DNA of 64,000 bases from an uncultured Cryomorphaceae bacterium (GCA_964651785.1 CAZYWJ010000002.1:3834-67833), one strand, 5' to 3'. Shown: positions 1-9,610, counted from the stretch's first letter. Numbers and translations: made by a program. Notes: generated from the sequence alone by a model not told the origin.

Positions 1-477
1 GAATTGCCCTAAATAATCACTTCGATTTATCAGCAAATGCCAAATCAATAAAAGGCAAAGCAGTGAAAAGGTAGTAAAGGTGTAAAGTCGATCAACAAAA
101 AGTACCGACAATACGAAAGAGACCAAAATCAGCAGCGATGTGACTTTATCCTGAACGGGTTTAAGCGGTGAATTGGGTAGGAAATAGTTGAGAACCTCAT
201 AAATAAAGGCGCAGGCAAAGGGAACCACTATGAAAAAAAGCCATTCTTCTACGGGAAGATTGGCTATTTTAATTCCCGAGATAAAACGCTCATTAAAGCC
301 CCAAACTTCTTTGGATGTAAACCAAACATCCCAAGGGATGAAAAGCAATGACATGACGGCGATTCCCAGAAAAACACCCGGCCAAAAACGCACAAACTTT
401 ATCCGGCTCTCAAAGCTTCTGACCAAAGGGAATGAAAGGGTAAGCAGATCGAGAAGTAGATAATAGTAGTGCTCCAA
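1..477 (-). CDS. crtY: lycopene cyclase domain protein (CrtYc/CrtYd type); 3' end lies beyond the window
   Basis: Own minus-strand translation. It is absent from the ORF track because it runs off the window and starts at TTG 475-477. Sequence: (M)EHYYYLLLDLLTLSFPLVRSFESRIKFVRFWPGVFLGIAVMSLLFIPWDVWFTSKEVWGFNERFISGIKIANLPVEEWLFFIVVPFACAFIYE... The protein is polytopic and carries the P-x-EE-x-LFF motif typical of lycopene-cyclase domains. It lies directly downstream of crtZ. Confidence 0.7.
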   Translation of the reverse strand, partial: MEHYYYLLLDLLTLSFPLVRSFESRIKFVRFWPGVFLGIAVMSLLFIPWDVWFTSKEVWGFNERFISGIKIANLPVEEWLFFIVVPFACAFIYEVLNYFLPNSPLKPVQDKVTSLLILVSFVLSVLFVDRLYTFTTFSLLCLLLIWHLLINRSDYLGQF

Positions 478-497
478 ATGCTTTATCTAATGATGGT

Positions 498-962
498 TTA
501 AGAGGTTTTCATCGATTGCCTGGCCTCGCGAAAATACTTCATTGGTACGAAGAGCATACCGAAGCATTCTCCCTCTTCTTTTCCCAAATGCTTGTGATGA
601 ACTTTATGGGCCTTGCGAATCGCTCTGAAATATACGTTATCAGTTCGCTTAAACCAATCAAATCTTCGGTGAATAAAAACGTCGTGTACCAAGAAATAGC
701 AGAGACCGTAAAGTGCGATTCCGAGACCGATAAAAAGCATCCAAGAAAATCCATTCATCATACCGAACATGATAAAAAGCCAAGACGGTATGGCGAATAT
801 CAGAAAGAACACATCGTTTTTTTCAAAGAAACCGGGCTCGGGTCGATGGTGATCGCGGTGAAAATACCATCCCAAACCATGCATGACATACTTGTGTGTA
901 AACCAAGCCATGAACTCCATGAAAAAGAAGGTAGTAAGTAGGATGATAAAGTTTAGGAGCAT
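498..962 (-). CDS. crtZ: beta-carotene 3-hydroxylase (fatty-acid hydroxylase superfamily)
   Basis: Histidine boxes HRDHH, HDVFIHRRF and HKVHHKH within a four-TM protein. The ORF track starts at TTG 971; I prefer ATG 962 (MLLNFIILLTTFFFMEF...). Confidence 0.85.
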   Translation of the reverse strand: MLLNFIILLTTFFFMEFMAWFTHKYVMHGLGWYFHRDHHRPEPGFFEKNDVFFLIFAIPSWLFIMFGMMNGFSWMLFIGLGIALYGLCYFLVHDVFIHRRFDWFKRTDNVYFRAIRKAHKVHHKHLGKEEGECFGMLFVPMKYFREARQSMKTS

Positions 963-967
963 TGAAA

Positions 968-1462
968 TCAAGCAGTTTTAGCGACTTGCGTAAAGTCGGG
1001 ACGATCAGACACGTACTTGTAGACAAAGTTATTAATAACCTTTGTCTTGTGAAATAAGATCACGCCGGGCATTTGAAAAGGATCGCCTGCAGGTTTACCG
1101 ATTAGATGACCTTTGATAATTCCGGCAACAAACGCTCGCCACCAATTTTTAACTCCAAAAAGTGATCTGAAGCTTACTTTATACAAACCAAACCGGTTGT
1201 AGAGTTTTTGATGCGGATCAGAAATGTGTCGAATATCTTCCAAGTTATACAGACTTAAGATATCCGTGGCGGTTTGAGCATCCACCATGTGAACGATGAC
1301 AATTTTTACACCGATGTATTCGATTTCATCTCTCTTCTCAGCCAAATCAGCCATGGTTTCCCGACAAAAAGTACAACCGAAATGTCGCAGAAAAACCAAT
1401 AGGACTTTGTGCTCCCCGGCCAGCTCAGCTAGGTTTTCACCTCTGTTCGTTACAAAATTCAT
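968..1462 (-). CDS. thioredoxin-fold AhpC/TSA-like redox protein (CxxC)
   Basis: 164-aa ORF with VLLVFLRHFGCTFCRE, a redox-active CxxC in a peroxiredoxin-like context. Its stop overlaps the crtZ region. Confidence 0.6.
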   Translation of the reverse strand: MNFVTNRGENLAELAGEHKVLLVFLRHFGCTFCRETMADLAEKRDEIEYIGVKIVIVHMVDAQTATDILSLYNLEDIRHISDPHQKLYNRFGLYKVSFRSLFGVKNWWRAFVAGIIKGHLIGKPAGDPFQMPGVILFHKTKVINNFVYKYVSDRPDFTQVAKTA

Positions 1463-1521
1463 TTAAACCTTTTCTAGTGGGCCTTAATAAAACAAGGCGC
1501 AATTAATATTGTTTAATTTCC

Positions 1522-2076
1522 GTGCACAACGCTCAACTCGTTAAATGGTTTATTGCTTGGGCTATTGCCATGATTATCTTGGTGCTTCTCACCTTGCCTG
1601 ATGAAAGACCGGCTAAAATTGATACTATCGGTTTTAGTACAACTGAATCAGCCGAACTCTATTTCAAAAACGTTCGTTCGTTCTACTACCTGCACAATCC
1701 TGAGGCTGCCGGCATACTCGACGTTTATAGGCTTCAAAGCATTTTTGCAGACTCAATTGATGCTTTACCGTTTGCTATATACAACAATTGGCGAACGAAC
1801 GAAACATTTATTCGACTGGATACGGCATATCTCAATACACGAAAATTTCGCGGAGTAGTGACTGACTCAGCAGGAACAATCCTCGATCCGATCCGCTTTC
1901 CGGAACTCACCAATGAGTCCCAGTACTCGTTCGCTCGGGACATATACCTAGCTTTGGCAAAACAACAGAAAATAGGATTGGCAGCTTCAGACACCATTAT
2001 ATGGTTTTCGGAGAGTACAAATCGTTCGATTAGAAGAACACTTACAGACTATTTCACCCTCTTGGGCAAACTTTAA
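1522..2076 (+). CDS. hypothetical membrane-anchored protein
   Basis: 184-aa ORF with a GTG start and an N-terminal hydrophobic helix (WFIAWAIAMIILVLLTL). No family recognised. It is convergent with the cryptochrome gene. Confidence 0.45.
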   Translation: MHNAQLVKWFIAWAIAMIILVLLTLPDERPAKIDTIGFSTTESAELYFKNVRSFYYLHNPEAAGILDVYRLQSIFADSIDALPFAIYNNWRTNETFIRLDTAYLNTRKFRGVVTDSAGTILDPIRFPELTNESQYSFARDIYLALAKQQKIGLAASDTIIWFSESTNRSIRRTLTDYFTLLGKL

Positions 2077-3486
2077 TCACCACTTTTCATTGACAAAAAG
2101 CGGCTTGGAAAACACGGAATTACTCAAACCAAATTCTTTTAATTCCTTGTTATTCACAGTCCAAGGTTTATGAACAAACTCTTGTGGCACCTCAGTTAAT
2201 TCAGGCAACCAATGCTTTACGTACTCACCCTTTTTATCGTATTTATCGGCTTGACTGAGAATATTGAAATACCTGTTTTGACGCGGGTCATTTCCTACAC
2301 CTGCCACGTAGGCCCAATTGCCCCAATTGCTCGTCACGTCATAATCTATCAGCTCTTGCTCGAAATAGGCCGCTCCGTAACGCCAGTCCTGCTTTAAATC
2401 TTTAGTGAGATACGATGCCACCAATTGACGGCCGCGATTGCTCATAAATCCCGTTTCGTTTAACTCCCTCATATTTGCATCGATCATCGGTACTCCCGTC
2501 TTTCCCGTCTTCCAAGCGGTCAAAACTTTTTGGTCTTCTTGCCAGTCAGTCTCATTATTCTTAATCCCTTCCGGGAAAAAAAGCTTGTTGCCATATTTCA
2601 TCGCGACGTATCGAAAATAATCTCTCCACACCAATTCGAAAACCAACCAATAAGTTGATGAGTTCTTTTTGATCGACTTTTCGTAGCGTTTTACCTCGCG
2701 TTGAATCATTCGCGGTGAGATGCATCCGTGTGCCAGCCACGCAGAGAATTTTGAGGAGTAGTTCAAACCCAGCAAACCGTTCCGCGTGTATTTGTAAGTG
2801 CTCAGGTTTTCGGTTTCCCAAAAATAGTTTTCCAATCGCTGCCTTGCCTCTCGTTCACCGCCTTTGTATTGTATGGCTGCCTTATCGGAAATCGGGTTTT
2901 CTTTAAATCCTAAATCTTTTAATTCGGGAAGGTCAATTTCGGGAAGACCCTGAGGAGCTTTCATCTTTTCAGGAATAGAGAAGATTTCTCGCATTTCAGC
3001 CTGCTTTTCGCATTTCTTTCGAAAATCAGAAAAGACATCAGGGATTTTTTCAATCTCAAACGGAATATCTTCCGGATGGTACAGGGTGTGCCCGTGAAAA
3101 AAGTTGACTTGAACTTTTTCACCGAGACTTTCCGTTACCCGATTTTCCATTTCCAACTCTTCGCTTGTCACCTCTTTTTGAGCGTAAACTTGACTTACTT
3201 CAAATTCTTCCGCCATTTGCGAAAGCACTTGGTCCGCCCTTCCGATTTTAACTTGCAAAGAAGTCCCAATGCTATCTAAGGATTTTTTCAAGTCATTCAG
3301 ACATTCAAGGATGAAATGAATTCTTCTTGCACCGAATTTCTTGCTCCCGTATTGCTCGCCGTGCAAGTACTCCTTGTCAAAAACATAGACTGTTATTACC
3401 TCATCGCATTCTTGAAAAGCACGATATAACGCTTCATTATCGGTAACTCTCAGATCATTTCTAAACCATACTATTCCTCTTTTCAT
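2077..3486 (-). CDS. cryptochrome DASH family protein
   Basis: 469 aa. N-terminus is photolyase-like ([16 protein letters not shown]). The C-terminal FAD domain reads [45 protein letters not shown], characteristic of CRY-DASH. Confidence 0.85.
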   Translation of the reverse strand: MKRGIVWFRNDLRVTDNEALYRAFQECDEVITVYVFDKEYLHGEQYGSKKFGARRIHFILECLNDLKKSLDSIGTSLQVKIGRADQVLSQMAEEFEVSQVYAQKEVTSEELEMENRVTESLGEKVQVNFFHGHTLYHPEDIPFEIEKIPDVFSDFRKKCEKQAEMREIFSIPEKMKAPQGLPEIDLPELKDLGFKENPISDKAAIQYKGGEREARQRLENYFWETENLSTYKYTRNGLLGLNYSSKFSAWLAHGCISPRMIQREVKRYEKSIKKNSSTYWLVFELVWRDYFRYVAMKYGNKLFFPEGIKNNETDWQEDQKVLTAWKTGKTGVPMIDANMRELNETGFMSNRGRQLVASYLTKDLKQDWRYGAAYFEQELIDYDVTSNWGNWAYVAGVGNDPRQNRYFNILSQADKYDKKGEYVKHWLPELTEVPQEFVHKPWTVNNKELKEFGLSNSVFSKPLFVNEKW

Positions 3487-3625
3487 TCTTATTTTTCATT
3501 CTACATCGATCGCTACAGTACTTAACCTCGGCCCAATTCTTTTCCCACTTCTTTCTCCAAGTCATAGGCTTGCCGCAAACTTTACAGAGCTTTTGAGGCA
3601 GATATGACTTGTTTCCCTTGTGCAT
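3461..3625 (-). CDS. DUF2256 zinc-ribbon protein
   Basis: [42 protein letters not shown] matches the DUF2256 pattern. The ATG at 3625 is preferred over the track's GTG at 3679. Its 3' end overlaps the CRY-DASH start by 26 nt. Confidence 0.7.
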   Translation of the reverse strand: MHKGNKSYLPQKLCKVCGKPMTWRKKWEKNWAEVKYCSDRCRMKNKNEKRNSMV

Positions 3626-3681
3626 CAATGTGATTTGTTTTTCGATAATAGGAACAGCAAGCTCCTCGGCTATGTTCACAT

Positions 3682-3712
3682 AAAAAAAGCCGCCTGCAAT
3701 AAGCAGACGGCT
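3682..3712 (-). terminator. rho-independent terminator after the FAS1 gene
   Basis: The minus-strand transcript reads AGCCGUCUGC-UUAUU-GCAGGCGGCU followed by U7. This is a 10-bp stem with one G-U pair. Confidence 0.7.
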
Positions 3713-3737
3713 TTCGCTATACTTTCAATCTGATTTG

Positions 3738-6509
3738 TTATCGAACCACTTGGATTTTGTGCGTCAATTGGTCATTTCCTATAGTGATGTTCATCAAGTA
3801 GAATCCATCAGCCATATCCTGAACGTTGATAACCTCGCGGTTCAATCCGATACTTCGTTGACCTAAGTCAACACTTTTCACAACCTGACCTAACATATTT
3901 ACAAAATCAACGGTAATTCTCTCACTTGAAACCATATTCATCTCCAAGTTCATCACATTGTTTGATGGGTTGGGAAATACAGAGAATGATTCGATAGAAG
4001 AAATTTCGACAACGCTAAGCGTGGTAGGAATAAGAACGGCATCGATTACGTGAACCACACCGTTGATTGCCACTAAATCCGTAACGGTAACCATGGCATC
4101 GTTTACCATAATGTCATCTCCTGAAATGGTAATCTCTACTTCTTCACCAAAAAGCGTCATCACATTTCCGGCAGAAATATTTGCTTCAATATTGAATCCT
4201 TCGATTACATGGTAAAGCAGTACTTCGGTAAGATCTCCATCGGGATCATCTAACAATTCATTTAACAATCCGGCAGGAAGTGCATCAAAAGCAGCATCAG
4301 TAGGAGCGAATAATGTGAGTTCTTCCGACTCATCACTCAGCACACCATCGAGCCCTGCAGTGTTTATTGCCATTTCTAATGTTCCATGATCTTCGCTATT
4401 CACGACAATATCATAAACGGTAGTGAGTTCTGTTGGCAGAAGAACGGCATCTATTACATGAACAACTCCATTATCCGTTTCCAAGTCAGCCACACTGATC
4501 AACACACCATTTACAAACAGGTCACCACCTGCTTCTGAAATAGTAACATCCTCCCCGTTGATAGTCGTTACCATATCGCCATCATTTAAATCACCGGATA
4601 AGAGTGTTTGATCAGCAACATGATAAGTGAGAATATCTGCTAAGAGATTAGTCGGATCAGCGAGAAGCGCTTCTAGCAAATCAGCATCAAGAGCATCGAA
4701 GGCAGCATCAGTAGGAGCGAATACGGTAAATGTACCTTCCCCTGAAAGGACTCCTGCCAATTCAGCGGCCACAATAGCCGTTTCCAACGTTTCGTGATCC
4801 TCGCTGTTCGAAATTACGGTGAAAACGGTGTTGGCAGAAGTACATGATAATGTCGGGAAACCATTATTCGTTCCCAGGTTTTCCGAACTACCATCACATT
4901 CTCCGACTTCTTGAATACCTATTTCATAAGTTCCGTCTACGGGAGCCGTCCAAGTAATTTGACAATCTTGAGCTATGGCAACCAAATTTCCTTCAGGATC
5001 CAACACGGTAAGTTCCGGATCCCATGATCCTGCTCCGGGGCCATCACAAATGGAAAAAGTATATTCCTGACCCGCGACGAAATTGTCTACAGTATATGAC
5101 TCACTCGCCCATGCTTCAAATGTGGTAATTTGATTGGTTGGACAGACTCCGAAAGTTGAAACCGGTGCGCCACCAAAATTTGTGTTAAAATTAGTGTAGG
5201 GGCCTTCGGCAAAGGTGGTACATACGGCATCAGAAGGCACCAGCACGGCATCAATCACGTGTACCACTCCGTTAATCCCAACTAAATTAGTTATAGTAAC
5301 CTGAGCATCATTTACAAATACATTTTCGTCAACTATGGATATTGTTATCTCTTCGCCCAGTTCTGTAGTGTAAGTATTGCCATCTGCAAGATCGCCGGCC
5401 AACTCTATTGAGCCCACAACATGATATAAAAGCACATCGGCCAGTGCTCCGGTAGGATCGGACAGTAAAATATTTAAGAGACCGGCGGGAAGAGCAGCAA
5501 ACGCATCATCGGTAGGCGCAAAGAGAGTGAAGGTTCCGGGGCTTCCTAAAGTTGCATCAAGGTCAGCGGCAATAACGGCAGTTTCCAGCGTGTTATGATC
5601 ATCACTGTCCGTTACAATGTCAAGAATGGTGGTGGCCCCGGTCGGAACCAATACAGCGTCAATTACATGCACTACACCATTGATCGTAGGAATATCAGCA
5701 ACGGTAACTTGAGCACCATTTATAAAAACACCATCGACTAAGTCTACAACGACATCTTCTCCGAACAATGTAGTAATCGCCTGATCTTGTGAAAGAGAAC
5801 CTGACGGAGCGATTCCTTCCGCCACATGATTCAGCAGTACTTCTGCCAAGGTGCCCGTCGGATCTTCAAGTAATGCATTCACCAGATTCTCCGGTAAGGC
5901 GTCAAATGCTGCATCCGTAGGAGCAAATACGGTAAGTGCGTCACCATTTTGAAGATCATCATCCAGTTCAGCGGCATTAATGGCGGCCTCCAATGTATTG
6001 TGATCCTCACTTTCTACAATTATATCATAAACCGTAGGAGCATTTGACGGAATAAGCACTGCATCAACTACATGAATAACGCCATTGGATGCGCCCACAT
6101 TAGGTGACGTAATGGTAGCCATATCTATCATAATGGTACTGCCGTCATTGGAAACAGTGGTTTGCTGACCGGAAAGAAGAGTCGTCAACATTTCTCCATC
6201 GTCTAAACTGCCTGTCAATTGAGCGTTTGGTGTAACATGATACAGGAGAATATTTCTAAGTAATCCCGTGGGATCTTCAAGCAGAGTTTCCGTTAAGTTT
6301 TCCGGAAGGGCATCGAAAGCTGCATCTGTAGGAGCAAACATGGTAAGCGGACCGGGGCCTTGCAGCGGGCCTGCTAAGTTTGCGGCATCAATGGCAGCTG
6401 CTAGAGTAGTGTGATTCGGACTATTCTGAATCAAAGTGTATATCGTCTGAGATTGAGCAGAAAAGCTCAAAATAACAGCCGACATGACTAAAAGTAAAAA
6501 TTTCTTCAT
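3738..6509 (-). CDS. secreted protein with five fasciclin (FAS1) domains, a Cys-rich central insert and a T9SS C-terminal sorting domain
   Basis: Signal peptide MKKFLLLVMSAVILSFSAQS. Five repeats carry FAPTD(A/D)AF..LP and NGVVHVIDAVL(I/V)P. The C-terminus (FSVFPNPSNNVMNLEM...LTHKIQVVR) looks like a Por/T9SS CTD. Confidence 0.85.
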   Translation of the reverse strand: MKKFLLLVMSAVILSFSAQSQTIYTLIQNSPNHTTLAAAIDAANLAGPLQGPGPLTMFAPTDAAFDALPENLTETLLEDPTGLLRNILLYHVTPNAQLTGSLDDGEMLTTLLSGQQTTVSNDGSTIMIDMATITSPNVGASNGVIHVVDAVLIPSNAPTVYDIIVESEDHNTLEAAINAAELDDDLQNGDALTVFAPTDAAFDALPENLVNALLEDPTGTLAEVLLNHVAEGIAPSGSLSQDQAITTLFGEDVVVDLVDGVFINGAQVTVADIPTINGVVHVIDAVLVPTGATTILDIVTDSDDHNTLETAVIAADLDATLGSPGTFTLFAPTDDAFAALPAGLLNILLSDPTGALADVLLYHVVGSIELAGDLADGNTYTTELGEEITISIVDENVFVNDAQVTITNLVGINGVVHVIDAVLVPSDAVCTTFAEGPYTNFNTNFGGAPVSTFGVCPTNQITTFEAWASESYTVDNFVAGQEYTFSICDGPGAGSWDPELTVLDPEGNLVAIAQDCQITWTAPVDGTYEIGIQEVGECDGSSENLGTNNGFPTLSCTSANTVFTVISNSEDHETLETAIVAAELAGVLSGEGTFTVFAPTDAAFDALDADLLEALLADPTNLLADILTYHVADQTLLSGDLNDGDMVTTINGEDVTISEAGGDLFVNGVLISVADLETDNGVVHVIDAVLLPTELTTVYDIVVNSEDHGTLEMAINTAGLDGVLSDESEELTLFAPTDAAFDALPAGLLNELLDDPDGDLTEVLLYHVIEGFNIEANISAGNVMTLFGEEVEITISGDDIMVNDAMVTVTDLVAINGVVHVIDAVLIPTTLSVVEISSIESFSVFPNPSNNVMNLEMNMVSSERITVDFVNMLGQVVKSVDLGQRSIGLNREVINVQDMADGFYLMNITIGNDQLTHKIQVVR

Positions 6510-6804
6510 GGGGTTTAGTTTAAGTTTTTAGTTAAGGTTATTGACAAATTTAACTTTGTAGTTGAAATTCATCGAGTAAAAAAACAGAAGTATTTGATGA
6601 TTGTTGATTTATCAATCCTTCGGACTAAGCTAAGAAATTCTCTTTCGAGTAAGCCTTTCGCGAAGATTTTCTGTCACTTTATGTCAGCTTTGGGTGGAAT
6701 TGGATTTTTAGAAACCTTTTTATCAAATACTTAAACACCGCAAGCCGTCATTCCTCAAACTGAATATAATTGGAGTCGAATGTGATAAATAAACGGTTGG
6801 CGTT

Positions 6805-8106
6805 TTAGCCAAGCGCCTTTTTGTAAGTATCGATCGCCCGATTTCTGGCCATTTTATGATCTACTATCGGTTTGTAGGTCACTTCTTGAAATTCAGGCAC
6901 CCATTTCCTGATGTAATTCAAATCGGGATCGAACTTTTGGGTTTGCAATTCGGGATTGAAAACTCGAAAGTAAGGTGCGGCATCACAACCGCTGCCGGCC
7001 GCCCATTGCCAACCGCCTACATTCGAAGCCAACTCGTAATCCAATAACTTTCCGGCAAAGTAAGCTTCTCCCCATCGCCAGTCTATCAAGAGGTGTTTGG
7101 TGAGAAATGAAGCCACAATCATGCGAACGCGATTGTGCATAAATCCGGTCGCATTGAGCTCACGCATCCCCGCGTCGACAATGGGATATCCGGTTTTGCC
7201 TTCACACCAAGCTTCAAAATCTTTTTCATTATTACGCCACGGGATGTGATCATATGCAGGACGAAAGCTGTCTTTTGCAGAATGGGGGAAGTGCCAAATG
7301 ATCATTTGATAAAAATCTCTCCATATCAACTCTTTGAGCCAAACCATATTTTGGTGACGAGCTAAGAAAACGAGCTTTCTAATGCTAACCGTACCAAATC
7401 GCAAGTGAAGACTAAGTCTGCTGGTTCCTCTGACACTCGGAATGTCTCGGCGCTTATCATATTGACCTATGACCTCTAACGGAATTTCTCGTGGCGGATA
7501 ATCAAAATCAAAAGATTGAAATCCCATCTCAGTCAGTGATGGTAAAGAGTCCGCTTCGAACTGATGAAATGAATCAAAAAAGTGTTCGCTTTTATACGTT
7601 TGAAGGTTCTCTTCCGTCAGTTTAGCCAGCCATCTTTTACTATAAGGCGTAAATACCACATAAGGCTGACCGTCATCTTTCACTATTTCCGATTTCTCGA
7701 AAATGACGTGATCTTTAAACCGATGAAAAGAAATACCTTGACCCTCGAGAAGATCAGCGATTTTTTTATCGCGAGCTCGGGCATATGGTTCATAATCGTC
7801 ATTGGTGTAAACCTTAGAAACGGGATATGTCTTAATGAAATCGCTCCAAATATCGAAAGGCGCCCCATATTTGACTATCAGATCCGAACCGAATGAATTA
7901 AGTTCTTCTTTCAAACGATTAAGCTCCTGATGAATGAACTGAACCCGCGCATCCATTTCATCTTCAAGCTTATCCAGTATTTCCCGATCAAATATAAAAA
8001 ACGGAATTACCCGAAAATTTTGTTTTAACGCGTGATAAAGCGCCGCATTATCCTCCAATCGCAGGTCGCGCCTGAACCAGAAAATTGCCACGCTTTGCTC
8101 ACTCAT
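6805..8106 (-). CDS. phrB: deoxyribodipyrimidine (CPD) photolyase, class I
   Basis: 433 aa with IFWFRRDLRLEDNAAL at the N-terminus and GGWQWAAGSGCDAAPYFRVFNPELQTQKFDP in the FAD domain. Confidence 0.9.
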   Translation of the reverse strand: MSEQSVAIFWFRRDLRLEDNAALYHALKQNFRVIPFFIFDREILDKLEDEMDARVQFIHQELNRLKEELNSFGSDLIVKYGAPFDIWSDFIKTYPVSKVYTNDDYEPYARARDKKIADLLEGQGISFHRFKDHVIFEKSEIVKDDGQPYVVFTPYSKRWLAKLTEENLQTYKSEHFFDSFHQFEADSLPSLTEMGFQSFDFDYPPREIPLEVIGQYDKRRDIPSVRGTSRLSLHLRFGTVSIRKLVFLARHQNMVWLKELIWRDFYQMIIWHFPHSAKDSFRPAYDHIPWRNNEKDFEAWCEGKTGYPIVDAGMRELNATGFMHNRVRMIVASFLTKHLLIDWRWGEAYFAGKLLDYELASNVGGWQWAAGSGCDAAPYFRVFNPELQTQKFDPDLNYIRKWVPEFQEVTYKPIVDHKMARNRAIDTYKKALG

Positions 8107-8738
8107 TTTTGCAAATTGGTTACGGATTCATTCGGTCGAGCATACGTATAGCGAGTAGCCCCGCCCACCTCGTGATAGCCGTCCATTCCTGAAATAGCTG
8201 CCACGCCTGCAGTTGACATATCATAGTAACCGTCCTCTCTCAAGAAGCGCGGGTCTATTTTTACATGTCTTACCTGTCCGATTATCAATCGGGCTTGGTT
8301 TAGCTCGATCAGCATATCTGACTTGAGCTCACAGGTTATTGCCACAGGTGACTCCTTAACATATGGGACATCAAACTCATTTGGTTCGGCAGTAAAATCA
8401 GTCTGATCAAATTCAGAAATTTCGGCACTATATTTCGCTGAAGTACGATGCCCGTCTTTCTGCATTTTAAGAGGAAGAGAGTTTATCGTATAGAACTTGC
8501 GATCGATGATATTGGTGTAGGTGTGCCTTTCGACGGTAATTGGCCGCATAATCATTCCGATCATAGGCGGATTGGCTCCAATGTGAATGACGGATGAAAA
8601 AATAGCCAGGTTGGCAACGCCCTCGGAGCTTATAGTTGCGATGAGGTTGGCACTTTTGAAACCGGAAATACTGTTGATGAAATTCGCTCTGAAGCGTCGA
8701 TCCATGCTTTCCAATTCATGAGTAGAGATATCTCTCAT
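8103..8738 (-). CDS. flavin reductase-like domain protein
   Basis: 211 aa with general resemblance to the FMN-binding split-barrel flavin reductase family (FRANFINSISGFKSANLIAT...). It has 4-nt overlaps with both neighbours. Confidence 0.55.
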   Translation of the reverse strand: MRDISTHELESMDRRFRANFINSISGFKSANLIATISSEGVANLAIFSSVIHIGANPPMIGMIMRPITVERHTYTNIIDRKFYTINSLPLKMQKDGHRTSAKYSAEISEFDQTDFTAEPNEFDVPYVKESPVAITCELKSDMLIELNQARLIIGQVRHVKIDPRFLREDGYYDMSTAGVAAISGMDGYHEVGGATRYTYARPNESVTNLQK

Positions 8739-9436
8739 AAGTTCTGAATGGTTCCCATTCCACCGTCAACTCCGAGAACTTGTCCCGTAACCCAGCTCGA
8801 TTTTTTACTGAGTAAAAACAGCGCCGCCTCAGCGGCATCTTCTGGCTGACCATATCGGTTCAGCGGGTGACGGCTCTTTCCTGACTCCTGCTTCTTCTCA
8901 TTATTTAGCAATTGCTCTGCTAACGGAGTATCGGTGAGCGACAGTGCTACGGCGTTTACGCGAATATCAGGGGCCAACTCTGCGCTGAGTGCTCTGGTAA
9001 GTCCTTCCACTCCACCTTTGGCAGCCGCGATACTGGTATGGAAATTCAAGCCTCTATCGGCTGCTACCGAGCTGAACATAACCACGGATGGCTGATCAGC
9101 ATTTTTCAATGATTTCAATGAGGCTTGAATGGTATTGACGGCCCCCACCACATTTATATTAAAGTCGTGAATGAAATCTTCGGCTTTTAAGCGTTTAAAT
9201 GGTTTGAGATTTATCGTTCCTCCGCAATACACCACTCCGTCAAGGGTTTCCGGCAGAAATGACCAATCAGCATTCTGATCGGTTGCGTCAATATCGACGA
9301 CCTTACGCTTATCCTTCGATTCTAATCGTGAAGTTGCATTTCGAGAGGCCACAATTACTTCATTCCCTTCATCGAGCAGGCGTTCGGAAATTTTCGAACC
9401 AATACCCGTACTTCCACCTATCACTAAATACTTCAT
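8735..9436 (-). CDS. SDR family oxidoreductase (atypical active site)
   Basis: Rossmann motif VIGGSTGIGSKI. The position of the classical YxxxK reads SIAAAK, so there is no Tyr. Confidence 0.75.
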   Translation of the reverse strand: MKYLVIGGSTGIGSKISERLLDEGNEVIVASRNATSRLESKDKRKVVDIDATDQNADWSFLPETLDGVVYCGGTINLKPFKRLKAEDFIHDFNINVVGAVNTIQASLKSLKNADQPSVVMFSSVAADRGLNFHTSIAAAKGGVEGLTRALSAELAPDIRVNAVALSLTDTPLAEQLLNNEKKQESGKSRHPLNRYGQPEDAAEAALFLLSKKSSWVTGQVLGVDGGMGTIQNL

Positions 9437-9609
9437 AATTCTTTCGATTTTAATTCATCAATCTCTTTTCGCACTTCTTCTGCCTCCGCTTGCAGTTTGT
9501 CAGCTTCGGCTCGGTTAGTATGAGATAATTGATACGATCTTTCCAACAGCTTCTTATGCTTTGCATATAGCTTATCTAAAGGCGATTTCTTCTTGAATAA
9601 CCCAAACAT
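9433..9609 (-). CDS. small Lacal_2735-family protein (58 aa), not in the ORF track
   Basis: Own translation: MFGLFKKKSPLDKLYAKHKKLLERSYQLSHTNRAEADKLQAEAEEVRKEIDELKSKEL. It fills the folE-SDR gap exactly, and its stop overlaps the SDR ATG (ATGA). It resembles the small helical Lacal_2735/DUF6435 family as I recall it. Confidence 0.6.
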   Translation of the reverse strand: MFGLFKKKSPLDKLYAKHKKLLERSYQLSHTNRAEADKLQAEAEEVRKEIDELKSKEL

Positions 9610-9610
9610 A

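Noticed and set aside
230-463. A 77-aa plus-strand ORF.
   Set aside because: It is antisense to the lycopene-cyclase-domain gene, whose translation carries clear family motifs. It is a shadow ORF.
516-941. A 141-aa plus-strand ORF.
   Set aside because: It is antisense to crtZ, which has three histidine boxes. It is a shadow ORF.
1484-1517. ATAAAACA-N15-TGTTTAAT as a fourth copy of the candidate operator.
   Set aside because: The half-sites are everted relative to IR-a, IR-b and IR-c, and one arm is imperfect. Only the 17-nt identity to 15194-15210 is reported, not a fourth operator.
3738-6509. Repeated nucleotide blocks (for example GCATCGAA(G/A)GC(A/T)GCATC(A/T)GTAGGAGC(G/A)AA) that might indicate a tandem repeat or mobile element.
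   Set aside because: The repeats are in-frame and correspond to the conserved FAPTDAAFDA segments of five FAS1 domains in one ORF.
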